Below, in pieces: positions 54,790-64,000 of a DNA stretch of 64,000 bases. Position 1 is the stretch's first letter. Each line of letters begins with the position of its first letter. The notes below the pieces were generated by a model, which worked only from the letters and a program-made list of their open reading frames with translations, had not been told where the DNA came from and did not search any database. A program made the position numbers and the translations under genes. Origin of the DNA: Octopus sinensis (lineage: Eukaryota); NCBI RefSeq assembly GCF_006345805.1, contig NW_021834517.1, positions 8,476 through 72,475 of the forward strand, given 5' to 3'.

Positions 54790-55830
54790 GGGAGACAGTT
54801 CTAGTTAAGTCAGGAATGTGATTTAACCAGGGGAAATCCTCGCTGATAGGGATGCCCAGTATTTGGATGTCGTTACGTGCCGCCCATGATTAAGTGGGGA
54901 TATGGTGCGAGTATGTTGTCTTGGCATGAGTAGCGCTTGTGTTTTCTTGCTATTAAAAAAGACGAAATTGACATAACCACATTGGAGGATGCTTTCGAGG
55001 TCTCTGCTCATGCAATCAGTTTGGGGTCTCGATTAAGGATGCGAGTGACTGATGCGTAGTTGGGGAATGTTAGGGAAGAATGAAGAGTTGTATCGTCTGT
55101 GTAAAAGTGGTCATTGTTGGACGAAGGGTAAATAAGTTATTGATGTATAGAAGGAAAAGACTAGGGTACAATACCGTACCCTGGGCACATCGAGGTCGAT
55201 AGAATAATGGGGCAGAAAGAAGTCCCAGTGTGTGTGATCTGTTAGGCGATTGTGGATGGAGCCCACAGGCGGGTGGAACCGATAGGTGGGTGGAGCCTAT
55301 AAGTAGCTGGAGTCCATAGGTGGCTGAAGCCCACATGAGGGTAGGGTCCATAGGCTGGAGGAGCCGACAGGTAGGTGAAATCCTTAAGTTGGTGGAGCCC
55401 ACAGGTGGATGGAATCCACAGGATGGTGGAGTCCATAGGCGGGTGAGTCCGTAGGCGGGTGAAGGCCGTGGGTGGGTGAAGGCCGTGGGCGGGTGAAGGC
55501 CGTGGGCGGGTGAAGGCCGTGGGTGGGTGAAGGCCGTGGGCGGGTGAAGGCCGGTGGTGGGTGAAGGCCGTGGGCGGGTGAAGGCCATGGGTGGGTGAAG
55601 GCCGTGGGTGGGTGAAGGCCGTGGGCGGGTGAAGGCCGTGGGCGGGTGAAGGCCATGGGTGGCTGAAGGCCGTGGGCGGGTAGTTTCGACAGCAGATTTC
55701 CCTGCCACACAATCTTTGCTGTCGTTGACAAATTACTTAAAGGTCCACTGGTGAGTGACTAAATGGAGTTGGTCAGCAGTGGATCTGGCTTTACGGAAAC
55801 CATATTAGCGGTTGTTGAGGAGAGGGAGAG
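54790..55830 (-). mobile_element. Decayed Jockey-like LINE RT fragment interrupted by a minisatellite
   Basis: FRKARSTADQL, IVWQGNLLSKLPAHGL, AQGTVLYPSLFLLYINNL and DLESILQCGYVNFVFFNSKKTQ. Confidence 0.72.
55245..55681. repeat. 17-bp G-rich minisatellite (gggtgaaggccgtgggy)
   Basis: About 13 near-identical units at 55455-55681 preceded by diverged 17-bp units. Confidence 0.93.
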
Positions 55831-57433
55831 AGGGGGAGAGAGAGAGAGAGAGACAGACAGACGGACGGACGGACGGACGGACAGAGGAAGAGTGTCAACA
55901 TGCTGAAAAACATTATTATCAATGGTTGTTTTTATTAGCTTTAGAGATTTCGGAATTGAGTGCAAGATGGGTGTATGTGTGTGCGAGTATGTATATACGT
56001 GCGTGTATGTATGTATGTATGCATGCATGTATATGTGTGTGTATGTATGTAAGCGAGTATATGTATATATGTGCATGTATGCATGATACATATATTTTCA
56101 GGCTTGTGTTTGAGCTTCTCCCTTTAACAGTGTATCCGCTTTACATAGCTGTCTGTATAGGTTCGCAGTTGTCTGAGTTTATCATGTGTGTTTGTGTGCG
56201 TGTGTGCCCCGGTATATGTGTAAGTGTACAACAGTTAATAATCTTGTTCGATTGTAACATAGTTATACAAAAGAGGAGATTTATATGTGCTTATTATAGG
56301 AAAAGGGAACGCTAGTCTTAACCATCAATCTCATCCTTCCTTTATGTATGTGTGTACACATGTACGTGTGTGTGTGAGACCAAAGTAATTATACACTTTA
56401 AAATATGGTCAGCAATAAATACACAACTATTGAAAAGTAGCTGCTCGCATGCCAGGCCGTCGTCTATAATTGGAAGCAGGCAGACGACCATCAGTCTCTA
56501 CCGTCTGATTGGTTGTAGCCAGTGATAATGGCCGGAGAAGTTGCTTCTCAACACCTTTTACCCACAGACAAGAGATAGCAACGCCTCTGATTTATATACA
56601 ATCACCGATGCAAACAGAAACGCAGCCTCTACTTTATTTATGATCTGACCATACCTCTCGCGTAACTAATTTCCTCTCTCTCTCTTCATTCTCTACAACA
56701 GTCGCTTCCAATGTCCATCACACATCACAAAACAACATCGGCATACGCTCCCGCATATACACAGAGCCACACCAACCATTGCTGTACACCACCGTAACAA
56801 TATCGTATAGTTAAGTTCAGTCTCCATTTAGGGCAGAGAATAAAACTGGAAGAATCAACTGTTAAAGGTCAAATAAATCTATCCTCTCCTTCATATTCGA
56901 TACCTTTGCATGTGTGTGCGCGCAGGTATGTATATATGCGCTTATGCATGTATTTCATGTATGTATACCTGTAGAAATGTAAACATACGTGTATGTGTGA
57001 GTGTGTATACATCCATCCATCCATACATACATATATACATCCATTACATTACATTACATTACATTACATACGTACATACGCACACATATACGCACTAAGC
57101 ATACCCACTGATAAATGCTGTATTTGGGCTCATTTACTAATAATAAATTAGCTTTATATATTTTAGAAGTGGACAATGTCCAGCTAGGGTTTACGGTCAA
57201 GAAGTCATCGGAGCGGTAATGAATATTTTAATAAACACCGATAGGTTGACAAGGCGATATCACTTCATAATCAACAAATGAATTAGTGGGGTTGCATTTG
57301 AATATCACGGTGGTTTGAATGGTTTCCCAAGAGAATGGGATTTATATCGGATCGGTAATGAAGTAGACATGTGGCCATAGTATTGTCTTCTCTAAGAATG
57401 GATGGAAATAACGAGCACGATAACCACTGTTAC

Positions 57434-57485
<52 letters not shown>

Positions 57486-57900
57486 ATCTCTCTCTCTCTC
57501 TTCATCTGTCATAATTGTGTGTGTATAGAAAGACAGACAGACAGACAGATAGATAGGTAGATATCTCCATGTCAACCATTACCCTTCGTTCTCTCACGTT
57601 CACACTTCAAATAATTAGACCCAAAGAGGTTTTACTTCATGGCAAGTGTACAAGTAACTAGCTCCTATCACTTGTTATATGATACGCATCCAGTAATCAT
57701 CGAAGGTGCCAGATTCTCCATGCTCGGTTTGTCTGTCTGTCTGTCTGTCTGTATAAATGCACACACAAACATTCTCTTTCACACATACACACACCTATAT
57801 ATATCCTCGTTAAAATGAACTAATAGCAGGAAAGGAGATCTAATTTAGCCAATTATGCGAAGTAACTGATGGAAGGCAATAATATTGTATAGGATGTTGG

Positions 57901-57966
<66 letters not shown>

Positions 57967-58062
57967 TGTGAGGGTTGAATATAGTATGCAGAATTATAGA
58001 AAATATTATAAACAATATGTAAAGCATAAAGAATATATCATTATTTAATATTACAATATGTT

Positions 58063-59035
58063 AAGGCGGCGAGCAGGAAGAAACGTTAGGACGCCGGGCG
58101 AAATGCTTAGCGGTATTTCGTCTGTCGAAAGGCGGTGAGCTGGCAGAAACGTTAGCGCGCCGGACGAACTGCTTCGCGGGATTTCGTCTGTCGAAAGGCG
58201 GTGAGCTGGCAGAAACGTTAGCGCGCCGGACGAACTGCTTAGCGGTATTTCGTCTGTCGAAAGGCGGTGAGCTGGCAGAAACGTTAGCGCGCCGGACGAA
58301 CTGCTTAGCGGTATTTCGTCTGTCGAAAGGCGGTGAGCTGGCAAAAACGTTAGCGCGCCGGACGAACTGCTTAGCGGTATTTCGTCTGTCGAAAGGCGGT
58401 GAGCTGGCAGAAACGTTAGCGCGCCGGACGAACTGCTTAGCGGTATTTCGTCTGTCGAAAGGCGGTAAGCTGGCAGAAACGTTAGCGCGCCGGACGAACT
58501 GCTTAGCGGTATTTCGTCTGCCGCTACGTTCTGAGTTCAAATTCCGCCGAGGTCGACTTTGCCTTTCATCCTTTCGGGGTCGATAAATTAAGTACCAGTT
58601 ACGCACTGGGGTCGATGTAATCGACTTAATACCTATGTCTGTCCTTGTTTGCCCCCTCTGTGTTTAGCCCCTTGTGGGTAATAAAGAAATAGGTATTTCG
58701 TCTGTCGCTACGTTCTGAGTTCAAATTCCGCCGAGGTTGACTTTGCCTTTCATCTTTTCAGGGTCGATTAAATAAGTACCAGTTAAGCACTGGGGTCGAT
58801 AATCCGTTTGTCGGTCCTTGTTTGTCCTCTCTGTGTTTAGCCCCTTTCTGGGTAGTAAAGAAATAGGTATTTCGTCTGTCTGTACGTTCTGAGTTCAAAT
58901 TCCGCCGAGGTCGACTTTGCCTTTCATCCTTTCGGGGTCGACAAATTAAACACCAGTTGTGTACTGTGGTCGATCTAATTGACTGGCCCCCTCCCCCAAA
59001 TTTCGGGCCTTGTGCCTAGGGTAGAAAAGAATATT
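58063..59035 (+). mobile_element. Family-2 SINE array: seven 66-bp head units, then three body units and a tail
   Basis: Heads start at 58065, 58131, 58197, 58263, 58329, 58395 and 58461; body units near 58509, 58692 and 58866. Confidence 0.93.
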
Positions 59036-59165
59036 ACGGTGTGTAAAATATAAACCTATAAAAATATTAAGTGTAAACATATATATCTAAACATATTTAT
59101 ATATATATTTACCGTAAATATGTGTATACACGCGCACACACACACACACATATTTATATATATAT

Positions 59166-59536
59166 ACTCTTATCTGTTTCAGTCATTTGACTGCGGCCAT
59201 GCTGGAGCACCGCCTTTAGTCAAACAAATCGATCCCAAGGCGTATTCTTTGTAAGCCTAGTACTTATTCTGTCAGTCTCTTTTGCCGAACCACTAAGTTG
59301 CGGGGACGTACACACACCAACATCGGTAGTCAAGCGATGATGGAGGGACAAACACAGATACACACACATATATATATATATATATACGACGGGCTTCTTT
59401 CAGTTTCCGTCTACCAATTCCACTCACAAGGCTTTGGTCGATCCGAGACTATAGTAGAAGACACTTTCCGAAGGAGCCACGCAGTGGGACTGACCCCGGA
59501 ACCATGTGGTTGGCTAGCAAGCTTCTTACCACACAA
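59166..59536 (-). mobile_element. Family-1 SINE with clipped 5' end
   Basis: Reverse complement of the 6912-7304 element. Confidence 0.88.
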
Positions 59537-59542
59537 TATATA

Positions 59543-60442
59543 CAGAGCTGGGCGTAAGCCCGTTAATCGTTAATTAACGAAGTTAAAATTTTCCTTAACG
59601 ATATAACTTTTTAAGTTAACTTTGAAAATAATTGTCAGATTAATTAACTTCCGTTACATGTAGCTTCCGTTAACTCAACTCCGTTAACCTCAAAACTTCG
59701 CAAAAACCGGTAAACGTTTAAAAGTTTCAATTGTTTTCAGATTGTCTTCACCTATTTTGATACGCGTCATTCTTTCAGCCTTCTTTAGGTCCTTTAAAAC
59801 TTAAAATCATAAAATCAGCATTTTCTAACTCTAAAGCGAAAAAAACAAAAACTTTAGATTTTGGGTTCTAAAGCCCTCAAAAAGGCCAAAAAGTTGATTT
59901 TATAGTTTTGGCACTTTTTCAAAATTTTCTTTTTTGTTTTTGTGAAAAGATGCCTCCCATCATTCTGAACACTTTGGTGAAAAACATTGAAAAATATCCT
60001 TGTCAAAACGGAAAAATCCCAACTTATGTGGGCCGTCTGATTCAAAACTCCGTTTTCCAGAAACTCTTCCCCCCGCCTCCATCCAAAAATTTTGCCCAAA
60101 ACCGTTTGAAAGGTATTTGTATAAAATTTCATTTAAAAATATATATTTTCCAGAAAGTTATGAGGGGGGAAAATGTCGGGTCCTGTGAATTTTCCAAAAC
60201 TCCTCTCCCCACCTGATCGGAAAATTGTTTCCAACAAATCCTTACAGAAAATCTACGGGGTATAAGCGATTATTAGGTGAAAGTTTCGTTAAAAAGTATC
60301 CATTATTCTGGATGTTATGAGGAAACAAAGTCGGTGTGATATTAAACTGTAGTTTTCAATAAAAGTTAACGGATTAACGAATTTATATTTTGGGTTAACG
60401 GATTAACGAAGTCAATTTTTCGATTAACGGTACCCATCTGTG
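59543..60442. mobile_element. Non-autonomous hAT-like DNA transposon (~900 bp)
   Basis: Imperfect TIRs cagagctggg..cgttaatcg and cgattaacgg..cccatctgtg, with clustered subterminal ttaacg/cgtta motifs at both ends; no ORF and no clear TSD. Confidence 0.65.
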
Positions 60443-61169
60443 TGTGTATGTATATATATATATAGATATATAATATATATATATTATATATATATATATA
60501 ATATATATACTGTAAATATATGTATATACAAATATATTTATAGTGAATATGTGTGTATATATATATATGTGTGTATGTGTATATATACTGCAAATATGTA
60601 TGTATGTATGCACTGTAATCAGGTGTGTATGATACTTTAAAGAGTTGCGTATTCTTGTTTTGGGTCGGCCAAGTTTCATCCCTGTTATATAATTAGAAAA
60701 TTAGAAACCCTTCACTTTAAATTAATTTATTAATTTTTGCTGCAATAGTTTGCTTTCCTCGTTCTATAACGGGTCATTTCATGATCCATTCTGAAGCCAT
60801 TTCTAAGTTACCATATTCACACGTTAGCAAATTCAAAATTCTCGATTACCCATATTTCTTGCTAGTTAAGCAGTAGAGCCTTCAATTTTAACACCAATAA
60901 CGTTATTGCCACCGAGTCGCTTATGGGTAACCAACTTCGTCATTACATCCGAAAGATTTTTATCCTTTGCAACTCTCATGACCAACAATTTATGATGTGG
61001 TATCTGTATCGACATTATATTTCAGAGAAATATCCTCGTGTTTTTGAAATCTACGCATTTTAGTATTTGTGCTCTTCTGCAGACAATGTAGTTTCCTTCG
61101 ACCATAAATTTATTGCATCATTTTAATAATGTGCAACACGAAAGATTCCACATAAAAAAATAAGCTGAA

Positions 61170-62526
61170 CAGGCACTTAAACTACGATTCAAAACTACAA
61201 AGCCACATGTTTTAAGTTATTTAGAAATTTAGTTCTGTATTTAAGCGGACTCAAGGGGCATAAGAATCTATTGTGAAAGGGCATTTCATGGATACTTTGA
61301 AATGTAAAACTATGTAAAACTTGTATCTTTATTATCACATTGCAACGCCTAATATTCCAATTTTCCCAAGCATATCAACATTTCAAAACTATAAAACCAC
61401 AAATACATTTTCATTTCTTTCCGGATTGTTCCAGAAAATATTCAACTCCTTTCCAGTATGCTGAAAGCAAGAGAAGATTCTTGCACTGGAAGCGGAAGGA
61501 ATGAACATCTAGGAGATTGCCGAGAAGATTCGGCGAAGCAGAACGCTAGTGAACAAATATCTGGAAGACCCCAATGGCTACAATAGGGTTCATGCTGGTG
61601 GACGTCCCAGGGCTACATCAGAAAGGGATGACATTGTCATAGCTGTGAAGAAGTCACGCTAATCTTCTGTTTCCAAAACCAAGGCATCAGCAGGAGTAGA
61701 AGCCTCGACATCGGCCGTAATAAGAGCGATTTTGAACTAAGGTTTCCACCTGGAAAATCTTCTAGAGCGTCCGTTATTGTCCCCTTCCCACAAAGCTGTT
61801 AGATTGAAGTTTGCTCGGCACCATCAGACATGGGATGATGCATGGATCAGGGTTCTGTCCTCTGATAAGAAAAAATGGAATTTAGGTGCCCCGACGGTTA
61901 TAAGTATTACTGGGCAGACAAATATATACAAAATTCTGTCTTATTTCAAGCAGCAGAGTAACAGAGGAGGTCTTATAGTGTAGGGAGCGGTATTTGCCAA
62001 TTAGAAGCTGCCCCTTGTCATTACGGATGGCCGTTTCAATGCTGTGCGATACGCCCATACTTTGGACAGGGCTTACATTGACGAAGAAGGCCATGTGGCG
62101 AGAACTTCATATTTCAGGACAACGCTCCTATTCATAATGCAAAAGCCAACTTTGGATTTCCTCCATGTAATCAGGTTTGAAGTCGTGACATGACCAGAAA
62201 GAAGCTCCAACCTTAATCCTATAGAATAATCCTGGGGATATCTCATGAATGTTGTGTACATCGAACGCAAGCAGTAGACATCTGTTGATGAACTTGAAAC
62301 GGCAATAAAGAAGTCCTGGGAAGAGCGTCCACTTCATCTGCTGCAGATGTTGATCGAGTGCATGAAATCGCGTGTTTTGGAAGAGACGGTAGTCAAACAC
62401 ACTATTGTTGGTGTATTGCATGAGAATATCATTGAAAGATAAGCAAATGTCCCCGTTTCATACTACTTTTGCAACATTATTCAAAACCTGGCGTTATAAT
62501 TTTGAACAGCAGGTTTCTGCCTCTGT
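61170..62526 (+). mobile_element. Decayed Tc1/Tc3-like DD34E transposon
   Basis: ILALEAEG..EIAEKIRRSR..GGRPR, RLKFAR, SDKKKWNL and QDNAPIH..W(stop)PERSSNLNPIE (34-residue D-E spacing across one frameshift); TIRs are diverged, so boundaries are approximate. Confidence 0.85.
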
Positions 62527-63365
62527 ATACTTTTTTTTTTAATAATTATCTAATTTATTTTTGGATTTCAATGAATTTGAATATTGCATTGCCTTCTTCT
62601 ATTCCATTTCCTATCAAGAGGCGCGTTTCATGAATTTGTGCAGTATATTTCGCCAGAAAAAAAAAGACAGTGCCCTGGCTTTATAGTTTTAAACAACAGT
62701 TTATTAATATTATGGACCTAACTTTGGAGGAATCTATTCTATCAATATCGAGCAATTTCTCGTTAGGTTTATCAAAAGAGCAGTATTTACCACTACTTAA
62801 ATATAATACTTACATCTAACCAAAATAACTCATTTCTACTGTGGACCTTTAAATCTAACTCTTTGATTAAATCTTTCCTTTACCGCAGCCATTTTGAGGC
62901 CAATGGTATTTCGCAAAATGGATGGTTCCTATTCAAAGTAAAAACCAAACGCTGCATGGTGAAACCCCTTTCATACAATACCACAAGTTCCCAACTATCA
63001 ACCCCATCAAATGGTCTCATGGCTCCGTCAGACAATTCCTGTTTTGAAGTTTAACTCCAAAAGAATTATGTTAAGAGAGTACAGGTTTTTTGATAATACA
63101 ATAATAATAACAGAATCACTAATTAGAATAAAACTCTGGCGAATTCTAAAGCTTCGGCGGACACAACTTTGTCATAATAAACTGAATAAATTTACTAAGG
63201 TGCTTATTATCTGTATTACTGAACCAGTTGATTGCTGAAAAACTATCATTTCATAACCGAACCGAAGTGGTCTGTCATACATTGAAAATGACCGAATCAG
63301 AAGTAATTTTATTTACTGCACCTTTCCCCCAAAGTATTAATCTATATTTTCTGCTGGCAAATTAT

Positions 63366-63407
<42 letters not shown>

Positions 63408-64000
63408 AAATATATGCACGGAGAAAGAGAAGAGAGTGAGATGGAGAGAGATAGAATAGGGAAACCTGATTGCGCGATCAAAGGAAACCATAATTTATAA
63501 AGAACTCGAGGTTAATAACAGAGTTGGTTGAATTGAGTCGATATTTCCTTACAAAAGTTGACGTTTGTTTCAGTTATTCATCTTCTTCAGAGGTAAGTAA
63601 AGATTACTAAATTAATATAAGGTATACAGATTTTATCAAAATATAAACTTGTCTTACATTAAGAAGCAAAAAAATAAAAGAAACACAGTTAATGACAAAC
63701 GGTTGGTGAGAGTTATTAGATGGATAAATGGTGGATTCTGCCTGAGACAATAAGGTGTCGTATCGGACAGTAAAGATGATAATGGCTGAAGAGGATGAGT
63801 GAGGGATTGAGACTCTATTCGTTCTAATCATATAATAAAGTTGCTATCCATTCGACTTACAGTAGTCACCATGTCTGTTAGTCACCGATGTACACGTGCT
63901 GGGGTGAACGTTAGTTTAGTGTACTTAACAACTTATCGTAAATTAATCAATGAAGGATTGAGCAGAACGTATGGGAAATTTGGTTTCAGATTAGAAAGAA

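Noticed and set aside
55070-55731. Pro/His-rich ORFs in three frames (PPTAFTRPRPSPAHGLH)n
   Set aside because: Produced by the 17-bp minisatellite cycling through frames with a 51-bp period.
58065-58526. CRISPR-like regular array
   Set aside because: The 66-bp units are contiguous copies of a SINE head with no unique spacers, no cas genes are present, and the context is eukaryotic.
63556-63592. Minus-strand CUGAAGA..GAAAC..GUC hammerhead-like string
   Set aside because: Stem II has only 2 bp and stem I 1 bp, consistent with chance.

Overview
Eukaryotic, AT-rich and repeat-dominated DNA with no host gene that I can identify. The two tRNA-derived SINE families and the very long (TA)n/(TACA)n tracts closely resemble octopus (coleoid cephalopod) genomic DNA; this is recognition from memory, not a database result. 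The window is a mosaic of microsatellite tracts and mostly decayed transposons: a near-intact DD34D mariner with TIRs and TA TSD, two Tc1-family relics, a pogo/POGK-like transposase, a hAT-like non-autonomous element, a Gypsy gag-pol relic, two Penelope-like elements (PLEs), CR1/L2-, RTE-, Jockey-, Tx1/L1- and REL-type (R4/NeSL-like) LINE fragments, and several SINEs, including tandem-amplified ones. The most notable signal is a set of hammerhead-ribozyme (HHR) motifs. These are a well-formed type I HHR at the 3' end of a PLE (7411-7502, minus), a 251-bp palindromic insertion with two head-to-head minimal HHR motifs and a 10-bp TSD inside the Gypsy pol (37208-37458), and a cluster of decayed HHR-like motifs with a perfect 59-bp fold-back (26.2-26.7 kb). 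Other oddities are a 17-bp minisatellite that appears to derive from LINE RT codons, a Tx1 element embedded in GATA/GACA repeats and a 7x66-bp SINE-head array. Most long ORFs in the ORF track are microsatellite artefacts. A few unique islands contain candidate exons or promoter motifs, reported at low confidence.
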